From Eutreptiella sp. 'Long Island Sound 2002' (lineage: Eukaryota; Protista; Euglenida), in contig OZ038378.1 in the NCBI GenBank assembly GCA_964036045.1, forward strand, positions 5,146,001 to 5,210,000: a DNA stretch of 64,000 nt, given 5' to 3'. Under the pieces are notes generated by a model. That model did not search any database and was not told where the DNA came from. It saw only the letters and a program-made list of their open reading frames with translations. How positions within the stretch are numbered: the stretch's first letter is position 1; every line of letters begins with the position of its first letter. Positions 13,276 to 23,700 of the stretch are shown piece by piece. The translations under genes were made by a program, and so were the position numbers.

Positions 13276-14256
13276 TCAAATAGGGGAGCCGGTGGTCAGG
13301 TACTTCCACACGGCAACCCACAGCGCCAAGCAGACCACCAGCCACGCCACCGACGTCACAGCGCCCAGCAGATGCTTCGGCAGCAACACGACGGCCTTGA
13401 GGAGCTCCAGCACCTTTTTCAGGATCCAGAACGGCAACATCACCGCCGTCTTCGCGGCCCACAGTACGCCCCGCAGCACCAGCTTGACCAGGTACACCGC
13501 CAGCCGCAGCGTTTGGCGGGGCACGAACAACACGATGGCCACGAGGGTTCCACACGCACCTCTGCGCCGGGGGTACATCGTGTATAGCCCTGTCACTGGC
13601 AGTACAGCCATTGTCGCGTGGCGGTGTTGCAGGGCCTTCCAGCGTCCCTCAGACCTCCACACGCCGTAGCAGAGCGCGGCCACGGCGCCGATCAATGCCG
13701 CCACCCGCGCCAACCCCCGGCCCGTTTCGCCATCTGCGCGCCACCGCGCACGGCTGTTGGATTGGGGCCTCTGAGGGTCGCGGTGGGATCGGGCCAGCGG
13801 CGGTGCTGGGCCAACGCTGCGGTCGCTGCGGTGTGGTGACGCCGAGGCCTCGGCAGAGGGCGTCAGTGAGGGCGGCACTACAGCTGCACGCGCGAAGGAG
13901 TGGTCCCGGAATACATGGGCTCTCAGTGCAGGCCCGGCATGCGGCGCGGTTGTGTGCTTGGCAGGCAGACCACGGGGGGGCATGGCATGCAGCGACCGGT
14001 GCAACGGATTCATGAGCGCCGCTCCTTGGCTCACGCTCACCATGAGAGCCCAAAAGAGCACGAGCCCCACAAGTGCCGCCGCAACGGCTTGTAGCCCGAT
14101 GTTCTGATGTACTTCGGGAGCCGCCTGGGAACATGAGACGTAAGGTGTTGGCTTGGGGCCGCCTTTGAGATGCCCCCCGACGGGCGTGGTCCCATCGGTG
14201 GCGGAGTAGTAGCAGCAGGTCTCCGCTGAGGCAATGCCTGCGCTCAGTGGTCTCAT
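13276..14256 (-). CDS. Plastid-targeted orphan membrane protein with euglenid class I-type tripartite leader
   Basis: Hydrophobic signal (LQAVAAALVGLVLFWALMV), then an S/A/P/R/H-rich transit region, then a second hydrophobic stop-transfer (VAALIGAVAALCYGVW) followed by basic residues and MAVLPVTG, then about 100 aa of hydrophobic mature part. CAG acceptor 8 nt before ATG 14256. Confidence 0.7.
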   Translation of the reverse strand: MRPLSAGIASAETCCYYSATDGTTPVGGHLKGGPKPTPYVSCSQAAPEVHQNIGLQAVAAALVGLVLFWALMVSVSQGAALMNPLHRSLHAMPPRGLPAKHTTAPHAGPALRAHVFRDHSFARAAVVPPSLTPSAEASASPHRSDRSVGPAPPLARSHRDPQRPQSNSRARWRADGETGRGLARVAALIGAVAALCYGVWRSEGRWKALQHRHATMAVLPVTGLYTMYPRRRGACGTLVAIVLFVPRQTLRLAVYLVKLVLRGVLWAAKTAVMLPFWILKKVLELLKAVVLLPKHLLGAVTSVAWLVVCLALWVAVWKYLTTGSPI

Positions 14257-15468
14257 TTCCCGTTCTGCAGATGCACGGCAGTACAACGAATCCCCAGATG
14301 ATCAGGGGCTGGGTCTAGGGTAAGGCTGGGCGCGTCAGGGTTTGGAATGACCAGCATAATGCGGACCCGATGCCCATCAGAATCGTCAGCAAATGAGGGC
14401 TGAGGGGGGGTTGCAGTATCGAGGACTGACCAAAACATCTGATGTCAAGCAAATACACCTCCAGTTCACAGAGGCAGATGACCGACATACCGGAGAGGGA
14501 GCAGTGGCGGAGCACTACCGCCATTACTCCCCCGGCAGCCTTCTACCCTCGCGTCCAATCTTCTCAACAATTTTGAGTACTCTGAACAATGCCATAAAGT
14601 TTAAAGGGTGCTCTCCAAGGCTGAAAAGGGAAATGCAACTCAAAGGCATGGGATCTGCAAAAACCGTTGCTACCCTTCGGAGGCCCTGCCGCGCCCAGGC
14701 ATTTGTGCCCCGTGTACAATTGCACAAATGTTGGCGTTGGAGGTGGGGCACGGGGGAGGAGGGGCTGAATGCGGCCACTATCTTGATAAGGTGCAAGCCT
14801 TGGCTGCTGCAGTTGGCCATTCACCAACCCCTCACCCAATGCATGCACGTACCCACACAGACCTGGTATTTTGGGGGTTTCTTTCTTGTCCTTCAAGACC
14901 ACGCAGCTCTGTGCAAGCCTCAGGAGCGGGTATGCACCTCCCCTGAGTCTGTGGACACCCGCCTTCCCTTCGTCTTGCTATGGACATGACAATGGGAAAA
15001 GAGAGGTCGCACCAGCACTTGAGGCCTAGCAACTCTTTCCTGACCACAGCTCTCACGTCTGCATGAGGAAAGCCTGGTCGGTATCCAAAACCAACTTCTA
15101 CTGCATGTGACACAACCAAACTCATCCACCCAACACCCTTTCAACACCCTTTTTCGAGCAAATTCCAATGAAACCCATGTAATTAATAGAATTAGACTCA
15201 TTTTACACCCTAAAAACCCTGTCAACTTGTGGGAAAGGGGCCAAACTAGGTCGAGTAAATGCCGATATACAAAACTTTGAACTGCGTGCACTGCCTGAAC
15301 AGCATTCCCTGAAATTTTACTGTGGTGGTGTAGCAGACAGTGTGGTACCGGGAAGCGAGAGGAGGAAGCTGGGTCACATGGCCTGAAGACGAAAGCCTCT
15401 TGGACAGAGTTCAGGAATACGCTGTGAGCCTGTGTGGGGCCACCCGATCACGGCCAGTGGAGCACCCA

Positions 15469-17836
15469 GAGGGAATGTTTGCCCGGCACGCTACTTTTCT
15501 ATTAATCATCCTGACTTCGGCCCCAGATTTACCCTCTGATGGAGAAGCCCCCCCCGAGTAGACCACGTTGCACTGCACACCTTCCCGACAAAGCACGTTG
15601 CATAATAAAGCAATAGCTGTGAATTCAACAAATCCAACTGTCATTTGTATTGTACTTAACAAACAACATTGCTCCCACAAGTGTGGGTGTCAATACATTC
15701 AGTACAATAGTGCTCCTTACACTCATCACAAACTGTGACGGTGGAGCGCTTCTGACAACACAGCACACACACTTCTGCCTCATCCTCCGCCTCATCTTGC
15801 GTGGTGGCCGAGTTGCTTTTATCAGTCCAAACATGAGGCGGGACATGCTCCCATGATCCATAGGGGGGGGTGACGGACTTGCCTGCGAATGCAAAATTGC
15901 GCAAAATGCAACAAAATATGGACTGACTGGTGCAGCTCATTGGGGCCGTCGAGCCAAATGTTCCTAACCAAACCTCAATGCCACAACCGAGCAAACAGCT
16001 GCTCAATGCGTGCCCTATACCACCCGTGCACGTCATTGTAACATTGTTGGCGGGCTGTCAAAGTGCCATTCTTTCTTCCAATGAATGGCACAATGACATG
16101 AATCCGGCCCTTATAAGCACCATCATGGCCCCGAGCTTCGAAATCAAAGAAATCACCTCGGGTCCATACCCATCCCAAATCAAAACATCTGCTGATGTCC
16201 CGGGGGCCAAGGGGCAAATCCATACAATGTTGCCCAACATATCAACAGCAACAGTCACTTGTAAACATGCGACGCATACTTAGGATTCCACAGGTCGGCA
16301 CTCCATATCCCGTCAATGGAACTCATGGGCATGCAATCTGTGAAATGTGTCATAAAGAATGGAAAATAGGGACAATGGTTGAAACCTGTCAACCTATCGA
16401 ATCTCTTGAACAGCATGGTTCGGGTATTCGCGAACACGGGCAACACTCTGCCGCCAAGCAACCTCCGAAGACTCTTCGGTGCGAGACATGAAAGCACCGC
16501 TCTCTGCAGGTGGGGTGTGTTTCATCCCCCAAAAAAATTGAAACAACGACGCACGGTCGAGGAGCTTGGGGTGCCTGTACTTCATCCAAAATTCCTCCAA
16601 GGTTTGTGCATCCGCACCCATCCGTGCAACTTGGGTACGCACACAGCTAGACTTACACCGTTTCACCCACCACTAGACACCACCACCCTTGCCATCGTCA
16701 TAAACGGGGTGCAAAGGGCGTACTCGTTTTTCAATTGGACTGGTAAAGTCTTCACCAGTTCACGAACTTCTTTATCACGCGCGCGAGTCTTCCCCGACGT
16801 TTGCAATGCACGCTTCGTCGGCCGTACTTCTTCATCTTCACCTTCATCTTCCCAAAGTAGCCCGGGAGGCGCCGGAGAGGCGCAGCGCGACGGGGCATGG
16901 CTGCGTGATGGGGACGGTGATGATGTTCGCAGCGGGGAGTGACCACGGAGAGGGCTGCCACCACTCGCGTCACCGGGGATGGGATCGGCCGGTAGACTTG
17001 AGGGGGATGGTGGGGGTGAGTCCCAACTGAGAATACCGAAGGAGAGGGCATCCATGGGGCAATGATGGTTAACGGCCCGCACCCCATCTTGATGATACTC
17101 CAACTCCACGTAACCTTCGTCGGAATGGCCAACTACCTTCGCAGGAACGCGAAGCCCCGTCGACTTGGTGTAGAACACCTTGTCCCCAATGTTCAAGTCC
17201 ATATCAAACGTCAAAAGAGGTCCGAGGACGCGAGCAGCAAAAATTGATCTCCCGCAGCAAACACGCTGAATGTATCACCATATTACCAACTCAGCGTGCC
17301 TGTTTCACAGTGCACATGGACGCATGCACGCATTTCGGGACACACATGCACGCAACACAATGAAACACAACACAACACAACACAACACCACACAACGCAA
17401 CGCAAAAACGTAACGCAGATTGTCCAGGTTTCCTCAATAGCACCGGAAGGTTGAACGAAGTCGAATTGTTGCCCTAACCTTGCCTTCTCGGGGGCCCAAA
17501 AGAGGGCGGAAGTGCTACGCAACCCCTGCATTCTTGGGGGCCCACAAAATCAGAATTGGTTGCCTCACCCCTGCCTTCTCGGGGGCCCACAAGAGGGCGG
17601 AAGTGCTACATAACCCCTACATTCTCGGGGGTCCCCAACAAAGGGGACAAAATCATACGTCAAAACCTACACTAGGGGTAACAATGATGCCCCTAGTATC
17701 TCAAAGTATGGGTCTCTAGTACGGACAGACGCCCAAATAGTTGCACTGCGCTAAGGGCACCCCCTTAGTGCACCCCCTAAAAGGTCACTGGTGGGGCACG
17801 GGTCAAAAAAGATGCCCGGCGCGTCAACGCTCCCCC
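15469..17836 (-). mobile_element. PIF/Harbinger-like DNA transposon copy 1 (frameshifted transposase with N-terminal Tudor/KOW-like and C-terminal B-box-like domains)
   Basis: Imperfect 11-bp TIR GAGGGAATGTT / AACGCTCCCCC and 3-bp TSD CCA (15466-68, 17837-39). Fragments VTVAVDMLGNIVW...GTSAD...DGAYKG...RARIEHLF-type motifs (DDE_Tnp_4) and CVLCC...CDEC...CTECIDTHTC. Confidence 0.8.
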
Positions 17837-18334
17837 CCAACCCATTTATTCATGTGTCGAGCAAAGGTCCCCCGCACCTGTAGGACCAGCGCTGGTTGAG
17901 GAGCATGAGCCAGACATGTAGTAGATAAAACGTATCCCAAAACCCCCAATCACCAAATCACACTGTATTTAGTGATACCGTGCCCCTTTGTATTGGTCCC
18001 CACATCCCATCCCCCCTCTCCCTAGGGGGCGCGCTTGCACTGCGCGTGCACTGCGCGCTACTTTTACACTAGGTTCCCCCCAAAGAGACCCCAAGCACAC
18101 CCCTTCCAAACGCCCCTAAATTTAGGTCACCCAAACTACCGTAGTTGAAGACAAATGCAAGCTACCTTCCCCCCACATAGGACATCATGCGAAATGCCGA
18201 GAGCCCTGAACAGTGATGGTCGCAAACCCAAATGTCCACTCTCAACAACACATGTCCTTCATTCTGTTCAATTGTCCACTAAGTACAAAATTAGAATGAG
18301 CAACTTGCGTTCACAACATGACACAATTGCTTAA

Positions 18335-19486
18335 TTAAAGCACCGTGACATTGTCACATGTATGCGTGTCAATGCAATCCGTACAATATTGCAACGGACA
18401 CTTGTCACACATGGACATCTTCTCGGGGTCAGACTTGGTGCAACAACGGGCAAATACATCCCCATCGTCACCCACCACATCCTCATCATCATTGTCCTCC
18501 TATGTAGGTGCAACCCATACATGAGCAAGTACGTGTTCCCATGGACCATATGGAGGGTACCGTACTTGTCTTCGAATCAAAAATTGCTGCAAATGCAAGA
18601 GTATACGCATGTACTCATGCAAATCAGTAACGGATCCCCTCCATATGTTCCTTACAATGCCCCAATTCCACATGGGTGCAAACAAGTGCTCAATACGTGC
18701 CCTATAGAAGCCATGCACATCGTTGTATCCCTTTTGGCGGTCCATCAAAGTCTTTCGACTCATAAAGGGCCATACCACATGGAGGCGCCCCTTGTATGCA
18801 CCATCCATGGAGCCAATCTCACAATCCATATAATGCCCCTTTACCCTTTTGGGCCCCTCGCGATCCCAGCTAAGAACATCCGCCGATGTCCTAGGGGCCA
18901 ACGGAGAAATCCAAATAATGTTGCCAAGACTATCAATGGCAACTGTTACTTTATATACACAACCGGCATATTTTGGATTGAAGAGGACATCACAGAGGAT
19001 GCCTCCTATACAAGCGATGGGCATGTTGTCCACATAATGTGTGACGAAACAAGAAAAGTGTGGGACATGGTTCCACTCAAACAATCTTTCGACCCATCGA
19101 ATTTCTGCGACGACGCCATTGAAGTAAGAACGAACACGATGCCCGCTCGCCCACCAAGCATCCTTAGAGCACCCCTTTGCTCCGGAGAGGAGATGAGCAC
19201 ACCCATGAGGTGGAGTGTGCTTCAAGAAGAAAAAGAAGCGAAACAAATGTTCGCGCGGAAGTATGTCATCGTGCCCATACTTCAGCCAAAACTCCTCGGC
19301 GGAGTAGGCATCAAGACCCATATAACTAATTTGCAGTCTCATCAACCAAGATCCGCCGCCACGCTTAATCCACCATTGAACACCATCTGGTTGAGGGTCA
19401 AGGGGGTGAGCCCCAATGCTTTTCTCATGTATATGGAGCAACATCTCAAGAATCTTATCTTCCGTTTGTTTGTTCATCTTTGCCAC
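18335..19486 (-). pseudogene. DDE_Tnp_4 (Harbinger/IS5-like) transposase, nearly intact; one in-frame TAG before the C-terminal B-box-like finger
   Basis: Catalytic triad in YVDNMP, SMDGAYKG and RARIEHLF, with KVTVAIDSLGNIIW...TSAD between the first two. After TAG (18500-18502) the frame continues EDNDDED...CCTK...CDKC...CTDCIDTHTC to TAA at 18335. Confidence 0.85.
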
Positions 19487-19763
19487 CTCCTCCTCGGTGA
19501 ATGTCCGAGGTTCATCGGGGTGCTTCCTTTTCTTAATTTTCTTGGCAGGTTAGTTTCTTAGTTTTCTTGGGGTTGAGAATGCGAAGCAACGGGGGATTGA
19601 GAGGATTGAGAGGGTTCTCAGGGGACAAAATTAGAAGTGGCTGCCACACCCCTACCTTCTCGGGGGCCCAAAAGAGGGCGGAAATGCTACGTAACCCCTG
19701 CATTCTCGGGGGTCCCCAAACAAAGGGGGACAAAATCAGAATTGGCTGCCACACCCCTACCTT

Positions 19764-20521
19764 GGAGGAATGTTTGCCCGGCGCGCTACTTTTAGACTAT
19801 GTTCCCCCCGAAGAGCCCCCAAGCACACCCCTTGGAAACGCCCTTAGAATTAGGTGACCCAAACTGCCCCAGCTCAAGAAAGTTGCAAACTAGGGTACAC
19901 GAGACCACTCCCGCTCCAGTAAGGGCGATCTTGGTCAACACCTTAGCAAGTTGGGAGAATGGGGGGTTAGGATAGCACAACCGCATCGATCTTCAGTAGA
20001 AGCGATAGGCGTTATTGAGGTATCGCGAACAGTAGAGCTGCATCATAACATTGGTCCCACAAGTGTGGGTGTCAATACATTCACTACAATAGTGCTCCTT
20101 ACACTCATCACAAACTGCGACGGTGGAGCGTTCTGGCAACACAACACACACACTTCTGCTTCATCCTCTGCCTCATCTTGCGTGCCACAACCGAGCAAAC
20201 AGCTGCTCAATGCGTGCCCTATACCACCCGTGCACGTCATTGTAACATTGTTGGCGGGCTGTCAAAGCGCCATTCTTTCTTCCGATGAATGGCACAATGA
20301 CATGAATCCGGCCCTTATAAGCACCATCATGGCCCCCAACTTCGAAATCAAAGAAATCACCTCGGGTACGAGAAGGTCCATACCCATCCCAAATCAAAAC
20401 ATCTGCTGATGTCCCGGGGGCCAAGGGGCAAATCCATATAATGTTGTCCAACATATCAACGGCAACAGTCCACCGGTAGGGCACGGGTCACAAAAGATGC
20501 CCGGCGCGCTAACATTCCCCC
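19764..20521 (-). mobile_element. Internally deleted Harbinger-like copy 3 nested in copy 2
   Basis: TIR GGAGGAATGTT / AACATTCCCCC and TSD CTT (19761-63, 20522-24; CCTT is an alternative reading). Retains the transposase C-terminal half and B-box. Confidence 0.8.
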
Positions 20522-21209
20522 CTTCTCGGGGGCCCAAAAGAGGGCGGAAATGCTACGTAACCCTTGCGTTCTCGGGGGTCCCCAAACAAAGGGGGACAAA
20601 ATCAGAATTGGCTGCCCCAACCCTGGCTTCTCGGGGGCCCAAAAGAGGGTGGAATATTCATCTGCTGAGTTTCATCAATGGGGTGTGGGTAGGGGTGGGT
20701 GTGTGGGATTCCTTGTCCTTAACAACGGTTGAGGGAGGATAAATGGGGGTAAGACGCACTATGTAACCACCGGTGTCCACCCTTGCAAGCACCACAACCT
20801 CGAGCCGGGCTAGCTCTCAAGGGTGGGATCTTCAGCACGCAACAAATGACATTTGTATAGTGCCTCGTCTTGCGAAATCTCGCGCTCACAACATGAAAGT
20901 AGCTAAACCTCCGCGGTCTCCCCAAACAAGGAGACAAAATTGGAAGTCAAAACCTGCGCTAGGGACAACAATGATGCCTCTTGTATCCCAAAGTATGGGT
21001 CTCTAGTACGGCTAGACGCCCAAATAGTTGCACTGCGCTACGTGCGCCCTGCTAGTGCACCCCCTAAAAGGTCACCGGTGGGACACAGGTCAAAACAGAT
21101 GCCGTGCGCGCGCCCTGCGCGCTAACACTCCCTCCCTAGTATGGCCAAACGCCCAAATAGTTGCAGTGCACGCGCACTGCGCTAATTGCGCCCCCCCCTA
21201 GCCCCCACC

Positions 21210-22950
21210 ACCCTGCCACCAGGCTCGGCTTCGGCAGCCGTGTAGATAAAGTGCATCACCACTAGCACGAGAACATGATACACACATGATGCACTTTTTT
21301 GAAACTTGGGATACACATGTGCGACGTGACATCCAAGAGCAGAGGGAAGAGATCTTGGGCATCACCCACAAGACACAAAATGGATGAGCCGTCATATCAA
21401 CAGAGAGTCTTCAAAGGTAGTTGCTTCATCTTGAGTGGGAAAGAAACAGGGACTGGGGCGCCCCCTGCCCCTTGCTTAATGGACAGCTTTGTTACACAAC
21501 GCCAATCCTCCGGAGGGTTCGTCCACAGTGTTTATCTGCCATCCGAACATGTGACTTGAAAATGTACATGGAGCTGTACCGGGTGCAGTGGGGTGGTGGA
21601 GCACCAGTTGTGACAGAGTTGTTATGCGGTGATTGTTCGTAGCTGCAAAATGGTCGCAATTTGTCTGATTGCTGGCCAAATACAAAGAAGCGGTGCAGTG
21701 GTCTTTTTGGTTGATGCGAACCGAAGCCCTTGCGAAGTGAAGGGGCTCACAAGCAGTCGCATATGGCGGCACTTGAACCTGCCAAAAAATTGGCACACTT
21801 CAGCAAATTGCGCAAACTAACAGGTAACTTCTGCAGAGGAGGGTATGGGGGGCTGCCACAGCCATGGCGTGAGCACTGTGAATGTGTGGAGAAAGCTACT
21901 CAAACTGATACACCGAGGAGGTGGGGGGCGGACATAATTTTTGGCCAACTGTCCACGGGCACATATCCATTTAGCTGCATGAGGGAGGGTGGAGGGTGCC
22001 ACGAAGGCTGGTCGCTTACCATGTTGTAAAGCCGGTGTCCAGGGTCGTGTCCTTTGTGTGACCTGCTGAACCTGGTTGGTGGTCATCAGTTTGGGAGGGG
22101 GGCTGCCGCTCTGTGGATGAGAGTTGGCGGCATGAAAGAGAATAGACGTGCGGCACACAATGAAAAGAATCCCACAACAAATGGCCAGTGACACAGAGTA
22201 GTCTCTTCATTCCGCCACTTGTCGCAACCGCCATGTGCCTCAAGGCGAGGCAACGTGTGGTTGCAATACCAGAGCCCACCAGAAGATGGATAGATGCAGA
22301 GGAAATGAGGCTGGTCCGAAGGGGTTAGAAAGGTGTCGCCCAGATTTTCGGTCAGGGTTGCCGGGACCACAAAGGGCTAGGACGCTCTTCAAGTGATGAG
22401 AAGGTAACCCCTGCAGCCACAACAATACATGCGCAGCAACAACAGACAAAGGACATGCAGTTGCAGAAAGCTCGTCTAAGCGAGGGGCTCAGTCATACTC
22501 GTCACTATGGGTTGCATGTGCAACAAAATGTGACGTATGCACACCCCTACGACATCTTCAAATTTTCCTGGTGCTGCCCAAAGCATCCCATCCTGCAGTG
22601 CCATTCTTATCAAAGGGCTGCACAAACAGAAATGCAGGAGCCAAACAACACACCGACCTGGCCTGACGCACACCGACGCACACTGACCTGGTGTCTAACA
22701 AGAAAAGACCCATCTTGATGAGGAGCATCATGATCAACTGGAGGGCGCGGTCTGACAGGGTGGCCGCCATGGATAAGCCCGTCGGAACACCCTTTGGGGA
22801 CGTGGGGACAATGATTCCTGACCTGGGCAAGCACATACTTTACCCTGTTCAGCCATCCCCTTGAACGACGCAAAGCACTTTCAGCCTCCCTGCACATTCC
22901 TTTGGTTCTGGCCGACATGTGTGCGCGCTGTTGAACGAGCACAGTGAGAA
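21210..22950 (-). mobile_element. Heavily decayed DNA-transposon ORF, possibly MULE-like
   Basis: Fragments HLLWDSFHCVPH (CxFH-like), ATNNH and a SWIM-like PKFQKSASCVYHVL, in different frames. Confidence 0.3.
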
Positions 22951-23019
22951 CCCATGGTGCTCAGATATGTGGTCCACGAGGACCTTGTCTTTGGGAGGGG
23001 GGGTTTGCGCGTCTGGGGA

Positions 23020-23700
23020 GGGGGGGTGTTTCCCCGGTGTGCACCCGGCACGCTAGTCGTGTATTAACTGCAACCCCAGATTTACCCTCCCCTAGAGGAG
23101 CCCCCCAAATAGACTAGAGTGGACCGCAAACCTCCCTACAAAGCATGCCGGGATATGGACCGGCCCCTTTCTAGTTGGGAATATGGACGGGGTGGGATAG
23201 GGCACGCATTGAGCATTTGTTTGGACAGTGGTGGCGTTGGGGTTTGGTTAGGAACATCTGGCGTGGCGGCCCTGATGAGTTGCACCAGTCCGTGCGGGGT
23301 TTGTTGCATTTCACACAATTTTGCATTCAGAGGCGGGTCGGTCACCCTCGTTATGGACCATGGGAGCATGTCCCGCCTCATGTTTGGACTGATAAAAGCA
23401 ACTCGGCCGCCACGCAAGATGCAAGAGAGGATGAGGCAAATGTGTGTGCCTTGTGTTGTCCAAAGCGCTCCACCATCACAGATTGCGGTGAGTGCCAACA
23501 GCATTATTGTGATGAATATGTCGATGCCCACGTTTGTGGGGAACAGGTTGTTTATTAGCCAATACATGAGTGTTACACATTGATGTTGAAATTCTCCATT
23601 TCGCCTGAAAGGGGCCATGCAAAAAGCATGGATTGTGGCTCCGTCTCAAAAGTGGCCCAAAAAGATGCCTGGCGTGCGCCCGGCGCACTAACACTCCCCA
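23020..23700 (+). mobile_element. Non-autonomous Harbinger-like copy 4 with inverted internal transposase fragment
   Basis: Ends GGGGGGGTGTT / AACACTCCCCA are oriented as in copies 1 and 3, but the transposase C-terminus plus B-box (RARIEHLF...CALCC...CGEC...CDEYVDAHVC) is on the + strand. Confidence 0.75.

Larger units (their letters stand above)
18025..21198 (-). mobile_element. PIF/Harbinger-like DNA transposon copy 2, with nested insertions and ~100-bp subterminal repeats
   Basis: Ends GGGGGCGC...TGCGCGTGCACTGC and its inverse at 21160-21198, flanked by CTA/TAG. Subterminal repeat CCTTCTCGGGGGCCCAAAAGAGGGCGGAAATGCTACG is also present in copy 1 (17480-17650). Confidence 0.65.

Noticed and set aside
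18362-19561. 399-aa plus-strand ORF
   Set aside because: Antisense to the transposase.
17480-20650. Recurrent ~37-bp repeats resembling a CRISPR array
   Set aside because: The spacers are themselves repeated, there are no cas genes, and the context is eukaryotic. These are transposon subterminal repeats.
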